In this document: piece by piece, positions 10,386-19,977 of the stretch | Layout: every line of letters starts with the position of its first letter | Position numbering within the stretch: the first letter of the stretch is position 1 | DNA from: Candidatus Hydrogenedentota bacterium | GTDB taxonomy: Bacteria; Hydrogenedentota; Hydrogenedentia; Hydrogenedentales; SLHB01 | Length of the DNA stretch: 64,000 nt | Assembly (NCBI GenBank): GCA_963668025.2 | Contig: CAXXTH010000017.1 | Location: 768,001-832,000 of the forward strand | Reading direction: 5' to 3' | Notes under the pieces: generated by a model | Databases searched by the model: none | The model's input: the letters and a program-made list of their open reading frames with translations, nothing else | Told to the model about the DNA's origin: nothing | Translations under genes and position numbers: made by a program

Positions 10386-10604
10386 ATGCCGCTCTTTCAT
10401 TATATGTGCGAGGATTGCGGAACGCGGACCGAGTTGCTGGTCAAGGCGGATGCGAAGCCCGTTTGCCCCGGTTGTGGTTCGGACCGCATGCTCAAGCAAG
10501 CAAGCGTGTTTTCGGCGCGGGTCGCTGCGGCGCATACCACGCCCGCAGGGCCGCCCTCTTGCCATAGCTGCTGCCATTCCGATGCGTGCTCGATGAAACA
10601 TTAG
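10386..10604 (+). CDS. FmdB-family zinc ribbon protein
   Basis: MPLFHYMCEDCG...CPGCGS; GAGGA RBS upstream. Confidence 0.85.
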   Translation: MPLFHYMCEDCGTRTELLVKADAKPVCPGCGSDRMLKQASVFSARVAAAHTTPAGPPSCHSCCHSDACSMKH

Positions 10605-10625
10605 CGGTGGAGGAGCTATAAGGCT

Positions 10626-11006
10626 GTGCAAAATCGCCCGGATATGGCGCCGCCGCCTGCTGGCATGTCCTGTTCGAAAACGCTCCTCGAACATTTTAGG
10701 TGCGCTTATCGAAATGTAGCCGCTTCGCGCCCCACGAGCTTCTATTTGCTCTTCGCCCTCCTGGCCATCGCGCTGCTCGGCTCTCAAGTCTATTTCATCC
10801 GGCGCGATCCGGAACGCTTGGGGCTTTTTCTCGCCTTGAACTTCACCGTTTGTTTTGTCGTGATTTTTATTGCATTGCTCGATTGCCGGGACATTATACG
10901 CCGCACCTTGCGCGAGCGCAGGCGCGCGTTTCGTGAGACGCTCGGGGATGACGCCTTTTTAAAGCGTATGCGCGAGCGCACCGGTGCGAAGCGGGGCCAG
11001 CCGTGA
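10626..11006 (+). CDS. Hypothetical two-TM membrane protein (start uncertain)
   Basis: Two hydrophobic segments; stop overlaps next start (GTGA). Confidence 0.6.
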   Translation: MQNRPDMAPPPAGMSCSKTLLEHFRCAYRNVAASRPTSFYLLFALLAIALLGSQVYFIRRDPERLGLFLALNFTVCFVVIFIALLDCRDIIRRTLRERRRAFRETLGDDAFLKRMRERTGAKRGQP

Positions 11007-12010
11007 ACCACATCCTAGTGTTACTGCCCAATTGGCTTGGCGATGCGGTTATGTGTACGCCTGCATTGCGCGCCCTGCACCGCCGGTTTCCTGCTGCGCG
11101 GATCACCGTGGCGGGCCGTAATGTGGCGTGCGCCGCATTGCGCGGGCTGCCGTATTTGAGCGGCGAGATCGCGCTTCCCGCGAAGCCGGGCATATTGCGT
11201 ATGATGGCCTTATCCACCCGCCTCCACCGCGCGGGCGCGGATTTAACGGTCGTGTTTCCCCATTCGTTCCGGGCCGCGCTGCTGGCCTATATCGCCCGCT
11301 CCCGACAGCGCCTGGGCTATGATCGCGGCGGACGCCGCCGCCTGCTCACGGACGCGCTCGAACCGCATAAGTCCGGCGACGCCATTCAACCTATTTATAT
11401 GGCCCGCGAATACCTCGAATTGGTGGCCCATCTTGGATGCAAGGATGATGAAAAAGGGCTCGAACTGCGCGCTGAGCCGGAGGCGGCCGCCGCCATACGT
11501 ACGCGGCTCGAGGGGGATGGCCCGCTCGTGGGCCTGGCCCCGGGCGCGGCCTTTGGCCCGAGCAAACGCTGGCTGCCCGAACGGTACGCCCAAGTGGCCG
11601 ACCGCCTGCATGACGCCCTGGGCGCTCGGTGCGTCCTGCTCACCGGGCCTGATGAAGAAGACACCAGGGAAGCCGTCGTGGCCGCGACGCACACGGGTTT
11701 CCGCGTCGCCGATGGCGGCCATCCGACCATAGATACAGTGAAAGCCACGATTTCGCAGCTCGACCTCCTGATCTGCAATGACTCCGGCACCCGCCATGTC
11801 GCGATAGCTTTCGGCGTGCCGGTGCTATGCATCATGGGCCCCACCTCGCCCGATTACTCGACGGGCCCGTATGAGCGCGGCGAAGTGCTGCGCGTGCAAG
11901 TCCCGTGCGGCCCCTGCCAAAAAACCGTGTGCGAGACGGATCATCGTTGCATGACAAAGATCACCGCCTCCCAGGTGTTCGAGGCCGCCAGCCGCCTGCT
12001 GGGCGCGTAG
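11003..12010 (+). CDS. waaF: LPS heptosyltransferase II-like GT9
   Basis: PNWLGDAVM, PGAAFGPSKRW, NDSGTRH. Confidence 0.85.
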   Translation: MNHILVLLPNWLGDAVMCTPALRALHRRFPAARITVAGRNVACAALRGLPYLSGEIALPAKPGILRMMALSTRLHRAGADLTVVFPHSFRAALLAYIARSRQRLGYDRGGRRRLLTDALEPHKSGDAIQPIYMAREYLELVAHLGCKDDEKGLELRAEPEAAAAIRTRLEGDGPLVGLAPGAAFGPSKRWLPERYAQVADRLHDALGARCVLLTGPDEEDTREAVVAATHTGFRVADGGHPTIDTVKATISQLDLLICNDSGTRHVAIAFGVPVLCIMGPTSPDYSTGPYERGEVLRVQVPCGPCQKTVCETDHRCMTKITASQVFEAASRLLGA

Positions 12011-12165
12011 CTTGTTTGCCCTTCATCTGTCTGGTGAGGTCTCGTGGCATGGGCGTCTCGCCCATGCTACGAGAAGCGCTGATATCTTTTCTTTTCTCCG
12101 GCGATTTGGCTTCCTTTGGACTTCTTGCATACAATAGAGGGCAATTGTGTAACAAGCGCGGAAGC

Positions 12166-14043
12166 GTGCTGTTTGAATGGATCTTGCCGTGCGAGGCGGT
12201 TTTTTTTTCCCGACATAAAAAGATTGAAAAACAGGCTCCAGCGGAGGAAGCCTGCCGGCAGCCCGTTTTGGCGCAATCGCCGGATGGCGTGATAACGGCC
12301 TTCAACGCGGCGGCCGCGCGCTTCTACGGCTACCGCGCCGAGGAAGTGATGGGCAGGCCCGCGCTCCTGTTTATACCGCCTGCCGCACACGATGCCTGGC
12401 GGCATATCACCCAGCACGTGCTCGAGGGAGATTGCGTAGGCAATTACCGCATGGAGCACTTAGCCGCCAAAGGCCGCCGCCTCCCCGTTTGCCTTGATCT
12501 CTATCCCGCGCGCGCCGCGGACAGCTCCATCACGGGCGTCATCATCGCCCACCGTTCCGCTGGCGCGCCTGCGATGCTCGAAGAGGCGCGCGACGCCGAT
12601 AAATGGACCCGCGCCATCGTCGAGACCGCCGTGGACGGCATCATTACCATTAGCGACAGCGGCCTGATCGAATACGTTAATCCCGCCGCCGAGCGCATGT
12701 TCGGCTACGAGGCCGCCGAAGTCGTCGGACAAGGCGTCCGGGTGCTTATGCCCCTGTCCTTTTTCGAAAGCCACGAACACTACGCCGAGCATGAGGGCAG
12801 CCGTGGCGCGGGAGCCACGCAGGAATTATCCGGCAAGCGGAAAGACGGCTCGACGCTGCCCCTCGAACTCTCCGTGAGCGAAGTCGCCCTCGAAGACCGG
12901 CGCATCTTCACCGTTATCCTCCACGACATCACCAACCGCCGCCTCCGCCAGGAGGAACTCAACAAGCGCAACATCGAGCTGACTTGCCTCTACCGCGCCG
13001 GTGAAGCCATGCGCTCCTTCGAGCTGCTCTCGGGCCTGTTCCAGGAAGTCGTGCGCCTCATTGGCCCCGCGTTCTCCTATCCCGAGATCACCCGGTGCCG
13101 CCTCACATTCGACAACGACCGCTACGTCAGCACGCCCTTCTCGGCCACGCCCTGGCGGCTCGAATCCGATATCACTGTCGCCGGGCGCAAACGCGGCGAG
13201 GTCGAGGTGTTCTATATCGAGGAGCGCCCGCCCCTCGATGAAGGCCCCTTCCTCAACGAAGAACGCGAACTCATCGACGCCATCACCAGTTCGCTCATGT
13301 CCACCATCGAACGCCGCGAAGCCGAGGCCCAAGTCATCCAGGCCTCGAAACTCGCCTCGATCGGCGAACTCGCCGCGGGCGTGGGGCACGAGATCAATAA
13401 TCCCGTCAACGGCATCATGAATTGCGCCGACATCCTCGCCAAAGAGTTCGCGGAAGGCTCGAAAAGCCGCCAATTCGCCGACCTCATCCGCTCCGAAGCC
13501 GAGCGTATCGCCACAATCGTGCGCAACCTCCTCACCTTCGCCCGGCAGGAAAAAGAACACCACAGCCCCGCCCGCCTGTGCGACATCGTCGAAGTGGTCC
13601 TCTCGCTCAGCCGCAAAAAAATCGCCAAGTCGCACGTCCACCTCGAAGTGGATGTGCCCGAAGACCTGCCCAAGCTCCGCTGCCGCAGCGAACAGCTCCA
13701 GCAAGTCGTCATGAACCTCATCATCAACGCCCTGCACGCCCTCGATGAGCGCTACAGCGGCATGAACCCCGACAAAATACTCCTCATCAAAGCCGTCCGC
13801 ACCGAATTATCCGGCCGCCCCTTCATCCGCTTCACCATCGAAGACCACGGCTGCGGCATCCGCCCCGCCCACATGGAACGCCTATTCGACCCGTTCTTCA
13901 CCACGAAAGGCCGCGACGTCGGCACCGGCCTCGGCCTCAGCATCTCCGACGCCATCGTCCGCGAACACGGCGGCCAAATCACCGTCGAAAGCGAACTCGG
14001 CCGCTACGCAAGGTTCTACGTGGATCTGCCCCTGAATCCGTAG
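12166..14043 (+). CDS. PAS-PAS sensor histidine kinase (NtrB-like; start uncertain)
   Basis: Two PAS domains, H-box AGVGHEINNP, N-box NLIINA, DHGCG, FDPFFTTK, GTGLGL. No response regulator adjacent. Confidence 0.9.
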   Translation: MLFEWILPCEAVFFSRHKKIEKQAPAEEACRQPVLAQSPDGVITAFNAAAARFYGYRAEEVMGRPALLFIPPAAHDAWRHITQHVLEGDCVGNYRMEHLAAKGRRLPVCLDLYPARAADSSITGVIIAHRSAGAPAMLEEARDADKWTRAIVETAVDGIITISDSGLIEYVNPAAERMFGYEAAEVVGQGVRVLMPLSFFESHEHYAEHEGSRGAGATQELSGKRKDGSTLPLELSVSEVALEDRRIFTVILHDITNRRLRQEELNKRNIELTCLYRAGEAMRSFELLSGLFQEVVRLIGPAFSYPEITRCRLTFDNDRYVSTPFSATPWRLESDITVAGRKRGEVEVFYIEERPPLDEGPFLNEERELIDAITSSLMSTIERREAEAQVIQASKLASIGELAAGVGHEINNPVNGIMNCADILAKEFAEGSKSRQFADLIRSEAERIATIVRNLLTFARQEKEHHSPARLCDIVEVVLSLSRKKIAKSHVHLEVDVPEDLPKLRCRSEQLQQVVMNLIINALHALDERYSGMNPDKILLIKAVRTELSGRPFIRFTIEDHGCGIRPAHMERLFDPFFTTKGRDVGTGLGLSISDAIVREHGGQITVESELGRYARFYVDLPLNP

Positions 14044-14133
14044 GGTGGCGAAATGTCAAGTTGCATGCGTATACTTCCTTTTGCATATGTCTTGGTCATA
14101 TCTTTGGCCTGAGCTCAACTATTTCTAAGTGAG

Positions 14134-14742
14134 TCATTTTTCCGGTTCTTCATCAAAATCACCACGTTCCTTAGCAGCTTTATACTCTTTCTTCGCTTCT
14201 TTCATCATCTCTTTCATGTTTTCACTCTGAATAACCGTTTTCGCGATCTCTTGCAGGTTTTCCGCAGACATAGCGGTTGGATCATGTCCCGCTTGAAACA
14301 CTCTGGTCAGTATTTTTAGATATACTATGCCAGAGGCTAACGTCAGAGCATAGCACGTGCCGCCCACAATGACAGATGCACCAACGCTACCCACTCCGGG
14401 AAAAAACGAGAATGCCGCTGAAAGGGCTATACTGCCAACTGCGTATGCGGCAAGATTAGTTGCAATACCAGAACCCACTGATTTTATGATGTTTTCAGAA
14501 AAAGGTAGCTCTATTTTACCATTTACTCGACCGTACATCGTCCACACAAAACCTGCCGCAATCACGACGGCTGCGGTTCCTCCGACTCCTGGCACCCATC
14601 CACCAGCCACACCGGCAATCGCCGCGCCCGCTGAATGAGTCTTCACGATCTCAGCAATTTCCTCAGGCAGACTATCGTCCGCAACCTTGTTCATAGCTCT
14701 GACCAAATCTGTAGCAGTCCTGAGCAAGGTACTATTATCCAT
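14134..14742 (-). CDS. Hypothetical membrane-associated protein (DUF697-like)
   Basis: Gly-rich hydrophobic hairpins (GGWVPGVGG, FFPGVGSVGA); GAGGAGG RBS; lower GC. Confidence 0.6.
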   Translation of the reverse strand: MDNSTLLRTATDLVRAMNKVADDSLPEEIAEIVKTHSAGAAIAGVAGGWVPGVGGTAAVVIAAGFVWTMYGRVNGKIELPFSENIIKSVGSGIATNLAAYAVGSIALSAAFSFFPGVGSVGASVIVGGTCYALTLASGIVYLKILTRVFQAGHDPTAMSAENLQEIAKTVIQSENMKEMMKEAKKEYKAAKERGDFDEEPEK

Positions 14743-15190
14743 TTCTGCCTCCTCTTCCAATTTTAAATGATGGACACCTTCTTTCACTATACAATACCAT
14801 AAATTTACTACATGCAGAATACTGTATCATTTCAACTTACGAAGTTTTCTTAGCCATTCCCCAAGCCTCATATCTATCCAAATCACCTTGCGCAACCTTA
14901 TGAAATGCCTATGCTACAACGAGATCGTCAGCTAGTACTATTATTAAAGTGCAATCTGGGAGTACGTCAATTGAGCAAATCATGTAGGTAAGAACAATAA
15001 CGATGCTTGTGATGGTTTTAAAAGGAACGACCGTATTGTAATCACTTGTTATGGCCATCATGTAACGCGTGATGTTGAGGCATTTATCGAGCGGATTACT
15101 CACGGGTTCGTGGAAGCTAATCTTATCGTTGATCAGCCACTTGATATCGTCTTCCAAAACCTGAGGAGCATTCTGTCAGGGCTTACGCAT

Positions 15191-16348
15191 CTAAATTCCC
15201 AGTAAACGTAGAAGGTATTCGGGGTCGAGTGCAGCAGCGAAGCGCTTGCCCCTGAGGAAATCTTTGTTGGTCTTGTCTTTCTTGAGGAGGTTGAGTGTAA
15301 TTCTCCTCAAGGAGGCGAGATTCTGGGCGGCGTTTCTTGTTCGGGCGCGGTTGTCGTCTTCGCGAAAGATAATGTCTAGGCACCAGTGCAAATTGTTTTC
15401 CACGCCCCAGTGTCCACGCACGGCGTGGGCGAATCGTCGTGCGTCGAGGGGCAGGCTGCTCAAGTAGTAGCGCCGCTCGATGGTGTTCTTCCCTTTTTCC
15501 TTGCGGATGGACTCGACCATGCCGAAACTCTTGAGGCCCTTCCAAAGTCCTTTGTCCTCGAACCAGCCCAAGTCGGTGGATTGCCAGTATCGGCGGGTTT
15601 CGATGCGGCCATGCCCCTTGTCGATGGTCTGGTGGAAATCCATCCGTGTGGCGTCGGCTGTTGGCGCGCACTGGGTGGCGCAAGGGGGAACGGCGTCCTT
15701 GAAAAAGGCCTTCACTTCTTCTAGGGCGGTGGCGTGGTTGCCTTTGAGGGCCAGCACGTAGTCGGCCTGCCGTTGGATAATGTGGGAGGCGATATCCTTC
15801 TGGCAGCCCATGGCGTCCAGGGTGACGATGGCTCCCTTGAGCTTTAAGGCGTTGAGGAGTTTGGGGACGGCGGTGATTTCGTTGGATTTCTCGTCCACCT
15901 TGACCTGCCCCAGCGCCAGGCCGTGCTCGCAAGCCCATGCGCTGACGATGTAGGGGATGGCCTCCCCCTGATTCAAGGCGCGCCGCAGGGCTTTGCCGTC
16001 AATGGCGACGACCTCATCGCTTAGATTGGGGCAAATGCCCTGCACCCATTGGCCGAAGCATTCCAGAAAGGCATGGGGGTCGAGGGCGGAAAAGACCCGG
16101 TTGAAGGTGTCGTGCGAGGGGATGCCGCCGGGCAATTCCAGGAAGCCCTTCAGCCAATCCTCCCGGAGCCAGCCGAAGCGCTCCATATCCGAAAAGCTCT
16201 CCCCGCCCACGAGGGCTGAGCATAGCCCAATCATCAAGATGTCAATGAAGTTGTGCCTGCGGGTCCGGTCCATGCGGGGATCAGGCAGGCCCGCGAAACA
16301 CTCGATAATAGGCTTGGGCTTGGGCAGGGATTTCTTTTCAGCGGTCAT
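15191..16348 (-). CDS. ISAs1 family DDE transposase
   Basis: LPDPR, PSHDTF, AIDGK, KSNEITA, LDAMGCQ, HGRIETR, HWGVENNLHW. Confidence 0.97.
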   Translation of the reverse strand: MTAEKKSLPKPKPIIECFAGLPDPRMDRTRRHNFIDILMIGLCSALVGGESFSDMERFGWLREDWLKGFLELPGGIPSHDTFNRVFSALDPHAFLECFGQWVQGICPNLSDEVVAIDGKALRRALNQGEAIPYIVSAWACEHGLALGQVKVDEKSNEITAVPKLLNALKLKGAIVTLDAMGCQKDIASHIIQRQADYVLALKGNHATALEEVKAFFKDAVPPCATQCAPTADATRMDFHQTIDKGHGRIETRRYWQSTDLGWFEDKGLWKGLKSFGMVESIRKEKGKNTIERRYYLSSLPLDARRFAHAVRGHWGVENNLHWCLDIIFREDDNRARTRNAAQNLASLRRITLNLLKKDKTNKDFLRGKRFAAALDPEYLLRLLGI

Positions 16349-16382
16349 GGGGTGCTCCTTTCATTCATGCGCCGAAGCACTG

Positions 16383-16412
16383 TTGACTCTAGTATATAGA
16401 ATTCTATATATT
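16383..16412 (+). promoter_or_regulatory. Sigma70-like promoter with 18-bp palindrome
   Basis: TTGACT(16383)-N18-TATATT; perfect palindrome TATATAGAATTCTATATA at 16393-16410. Confidence 0.6.
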
Positions 16413-16419
16413 AAAATCC

Positions 16420-16719
16420 ATGAAGCACACCAAAAAGATGCAAGCATTGCTGGAGCGCATGGCGCAGATTGAGCGGATGGAGCGCGGAAAGCTCTGTCAA
16501 ATGGGCGGGCGTCCCCACTTTAACCACCAGAGCTGGGAGAACGAGAAGAACGTGGTTCGCTATGTGCCGGCGCGCGAAACCGAGTTCCTAAAAGAGGCCA
16601 TCAATGGCTACCAGGCTTTCATGAAGCTGGCTGAACGCTACGTGGACGAAGTCGTCAAGCAAACCCGCCGTGAGCGCGCAAAGACCTTCCCCCAAGCGAA
16701 AAATCCCAGGCCACGTTGA
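16420..16719 (+). CDS. DUF6788-like small IS-associated protein
   Basis: Lies inside the IS ends; aligns by eye with the ORFs at 30071 and 59202. Confidence 0.75.
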   Translation: MKHTKKMQALLERMAQIERMERGKLCQMGGRPHFNHQSWENEKNVVRYVPARETEFLKEAINGYQAFMKLAERYVDEVVKQTRRERAKTFPQAKNPRPR

Positions 16720-17316
16720 CAGAAAAAATCATGCACAACAGGATAAATCGACTCTTGAGCACTATTAGATGCGTAAGCCCTGAGCATTCTGTCGTATCGC
16801 ATGCTCGCCGCCTACTGCGTATAATATCGTCGGCATAACAAACCTTTCCTCCACTTTATATGGAGAGGATGCATGCTCAAAACTCCACCCCCCATCTGTA
16901 TTCCTATATTGAGCTTGTGTTACCAAAATGTCAATATGGCTATTTAATATTGGCTACTTAAACTCAGCGTGTAATCTTGCACTAGGTGTTTCGCGATAAA
17001 GTACCCTATAACAGCGTTTGTTATGCGCTTTCATATCGACACAAGGAATAAAGGATACATTCGGGCCAGGTTCCGTACACTCAAAGTGACAAAAAGCTGC
17101 CGCACTCTATACTTGCGGATACCGAAACCGCTCCTAGTATCTTTTGCCTAAAGGAGTTAGAATATACCAAAGACGCTAGGGTGGTGTTGCCTGTTGGAAA
17201 AACGACGGAATGTATCATGATTATGTTGGATATACAGCGAGTAAGACTTGGTGTTGGTTCAGTGCAAACGGAATTGGAGCGAGTTTTAGATGGACAATAA
17301 TGGAGGCAGGATCGAC

Positions 17317-17526
17317 ATGAGCAGTTTTGGAACATTTAGAGTGACCGACAAGAAATGTGCAACATGTAATTTCTATGAAGGGGAACGGCATATAGAATTG
17401 CGTAACTATGAACCGTATTATGTAAAGGCTGATTCCGGCAATACGCCTTGTCCGGTAAATCACGACCGCATGGTGTCGGGGGCCTATCATTGTTCTTCAT
17501 GGCGTATATGGGTAAGTATTGCGTAA
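17317..17526 (+). CDS. Small Cys-rich hypothetical protein
   Basis: GGAGG upstream; CATC...C...C..W pattern suggests metal binding. Confidence 0.55.
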   Translation: MSSFGTFRVTDKKCATCNFYEGERHIELRNYEPYYVKADSGNTPCPVNHDRMVSGAYHCSSWRIWVSIA

Positions 17527-17602
17527 TCGCGTCTGTTTGCGATGTGATTTGGGTATGCAGGCGGCACTAAGACGAAACAGAGTATATTACCCAATACTCC
17601 CG

Positions 17603-17709
17603 TCAGCCTGCTTAAGCAAGCTCCCCCTTAGCGCCTGGCTTTAGCCAGGTGGGGAGGTTCAACAACTGATTGCAAGCGCGCTTTAGCGCGGCTTCTCGAA
17701 GGCTTTAGC
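17603..17709. repeat. Solo diverged copy of the REP end of the 6231-6873 element
   Basis: Contains CTTAGCGCCTGGCTTTAGCCAGG and AGCGCGCTTTAGCGCGGCTTCTCGAA; the latter is identical to 6302-6327. Confidence 0.85.
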
Positions 17710-17748
17710 AAGAGACCTTTTTGCTCAAGTTTTCGAGCAAGATTTGCC

Positions 17749-18345
17749 TTATTCAGCAAGAATCTTCTCAACCAGCCTATACACTGTTGTACCCGGAGTG
17801 CGGGGCCAATCGCAGCACGGAGGCGTATCTTTCTGTCTTGCTCTTTGGATGGCTTGCTTGATTCGGTCAGGTGTGAAGAATCGTAGATAAATATGCTTGT
17901 GATATTCGCTGAAATGCTTTTTTAGCTGTGATGTACACTTGTTGGACGTGGTGATTCCTTGTGCATCCTCGAAATGCAGTAACAGCCAGTATTCGAATTT
18001 CGGATTACTAAGCGCGAAACCATAGTTGGGATCTGTTTTGGCCCAGCCATGTAGCTCCTTAAGCTGCTCATCAGTCCAATTGTCTTTGTCTACGACAAGC
18101 CATGCTTCATCATCGCCTTTCAAGCTTTTCGTCGCTAAAAATTGTCGCATTCTTTTTAACACGTGGGCTGGAGAGCTTTTACAGGAATCCGAAAGGCATT
18201 GTATATAAATCGTACTGGTTTGGCTATTGAGCATATTGAAGTATTGCGGTTCTGTGATTTGGCCTTCCACGGAGACCACGTATCGTTTTCGATAGCTTCT
18301 TATGCCGGTCTCACGCGTGAACCGCTTATTGCTGAGTTTCGCCAT
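17749..18345 (-). CDS. RloB-family (AbiLii-like, TOPRIM) protein
   Basis: VEGQITEPQYF, WLVVDKD, SNPKFEYWLLLHF, TTVYRLV. Confidence 0.9.
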   Translation of the reverse strand: MAKLSNKRFTRETGIRSYRKRYVVSVEGQITEPQYFNMLNSQTSTIYIQCLSDSCKSSPAHVLKRMRQFLATKSLKGDDEAWLVVDKDNWTDEQLKELHGWAKTDPNYGFALSNPKFEYWLLLHFEDAQGITTSNKCTSQLKKHFSEYHKHIYLRFFTPDRIKQAIQRARQKDTPPCCDWPRTPGTTVYRLVEKILAE

Positions 18346-19692
18346 CTATTGCGCTTCTCCAGCGCCACTTGAAGATGATGCTTCGGTAAGCGGCTGGGCC
18401 AGCAGGATGCGCGGAACGCCGCCAAGCCTTCCTTGGAGATAGCTTTTCCGGATGTCTTTGTCATACCGGATGTCTTTGTAATCGCTGAAGGAGAATAGCG
18501 ATGAAGCGCCTGTATGATCGCGTTCCGCAACCCACATTTCATCGCGGCGGAATAACTCTTGATCCATGAGTAAGACATCGTGTGTGGTAAACAAGAGCTG
18601 GGAACGGCTTTGCGGAGAACAGCTTTCCAAAAAGAGCAGGAGAAGCCGTCGTGTTAGCAACGTGTGAAGGCTGCGGTCCACCTCGTCGATAACGTATACT
18701 TTAATTGTGCTCGATTCACGCAGATCCAGAAATGCCGGTAATAAATCGATCACGCGTCGCGAGCCATCTGATTCATGCTTTATCTCGAATTGGACGTCTT
18801 TCCCTTTATTGCCCATATGGTATGAAAAGAGTTTTTTGGCTCTTAGGCCATCCTTGTCTCTAGTGACTAGGAGACGCTCATTTCCGGCATCGCCGCTTAT
18901 TTGAGCGGATTCTCCCTCTTTGATCATTTCTATAAGCTCTTTCTTGACCTCGTCTGGGATTGGAAGGCGCTGGAGTGAGACTGCCTCCCCGCCAATATGG
19001 GCTATGCCGGTATCTAAAGAGGCGAGCATCGCATTCATTTTTGCGTATAAAGGATGCTTCTCATTAATGAATTGCTCGAACGGCGCGAAGCGATCATCGG
19101 GAGCGATAAGCTCAAGCGTATCATCAAACCAATCATAAACCGGTTTAAACGTATCGATCTTTTGGTGAACCGAGTTCGTCAAGAAAAGCTGATTCTCACG
19201 CGTTCCTTTGAATGCATATAGCAGGCGTTCATCCTCTTTGAACCGCTGTTCTGGCTCTGGACTGTCCGCTTTGCGATCATATAAGACCTTCTCGCTCGCG
19301 CTATGGAGCAGAACGAGCTTTTCTTCGAGCACTTCACGGCGCGTAACAGCGAAACTGAATTCATACACGGTGTCGTTGATAAGCAGCTCAAAGCAAAAAC
19401 GGCTTGGTTGCTGTAGATAGTTTTCCTCAAGCCTGAAAGGCTCTACCGGAATCAAGCTATTCGGTTGAGAACCCTTGAGAACCAGTTTTTTAGCGAAATT
19501 GATGGCGTGAAACAGATTAGTTTTTCCCGAAGCGTTGCCGCCATAAATCGCGGCGACGGGAAGCACGCGCATATTAAATCCATCAATGCGCGGGACTCGT
19601 TCGCTATGCTGCCGTTCCCGGCTTGCAATCATCGAAAATGTCGCTTTGTCTCGAAACGACATCCAATTTTCAATCGAAAAACGGATTAACAT
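18346..19692 (-). CDS. AAA_21 ATPase (RloA/AbiLi-like)
   Basis: [55 protein letters not shown]. Confidence 0.9.
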   Translation of the reverse strand: MLIRFSIENWMSFRDKATFSMIASRERQHSERVPRIDGFNMRVLPVAAIYGGNASGKTNLFHAINFAKKLVLKGSQPNSLIPVEPFRLEENYLQQPSRFCFELLINDTVYEFSFAVTRREVLEEKLVLLHSASEKVLYDRKADSPEPEQRFKEDERLLYAFKGTRENQLFLTNSVHQKIDTFKPVYDWFDDTLELIAPDDRFAPFEQFINEKHPLYAKMNAMLASLDTGIAHIGGEAVSLQRLPIPDEVKKELIEMIKEGESAQISGDAGNERLLVTRDKDGLRAKKLFSYHMGNKGKDVQFEIKHESDGSRRVIDLLPAFLDLRESSTIKVYVIDEVDRSLHTLLTRRLLLLFLESCSPQSRSQLLFTTHDVLLMDQELFRRDEMWVAERDHTGASSLFSFSDYKDIRYDKDIRKSYLQGRLGGVPRILLAQPLTEASSSSGAGEAQ

Positions 19693-19977
19693 TTGGTTTT
19701 TCCTGTACGTGAATATTTCACTTTATCGTAGGTATTTTACTTCATAATATAGTAAATAGCAAGGATTAAGGAGAAATTATCTCTTTAGACAGTCTGATTT
19801 CGGAGCTGATAGCGCCAACCGCCGTTTTTGCGGCGGCTCCGTTCTCTTTGGCGTATCGCTACAACCCTGTATTCCGCCGCAGTTTTCGCACGTTGACATA
19901 CTGGCCTTTGCGTGTTACTGTGCCTTTCTGTGTGTCTGGAAGAGACATCCTTCCCGGATGTATGTTGGGAGCCGTCC

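Larger units (their letters stand above)
15177..16782. mobile_element. Complete ISAs1-family IS (1606 bp) with divergent passenger ORF
   Basis: 18-bp perfect IR CAGGGCTTACGCATCTAA (15177-15194 / 16765-16782); 10-bp TSD AGCATTCTGT (15167-15176 / 16783-16792). Confidence 0.95.
14837..16836 (-). pseudogene. YkvA/DUF1232-like gene split by ISAs1, with an internal TAG
   Basis: Removing the IS and one TSD copy joins ATG 16836 (GGAGG RBS; MPTILYAVGGEHAIRQNA) in frame to PQVLEDD...SIDVLPD...ADDLVVA. TAG at 14909-14911 is followed in frame by AFHKVAQGDLDRYEAW. Confidence 0.75.

Noticed and set aside
14909-14911. Amber recoding (pyrrolysine or alternative genetic code)
   Set aside because: The gene is IS-disrupted and degenerate, and TAG is a normal stop elsewhere in the window.
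17050-17300. Open + strand frame upstream of the Cys-rich ORF
   Set aside because: No convincing start/RBS or recognisable motif.
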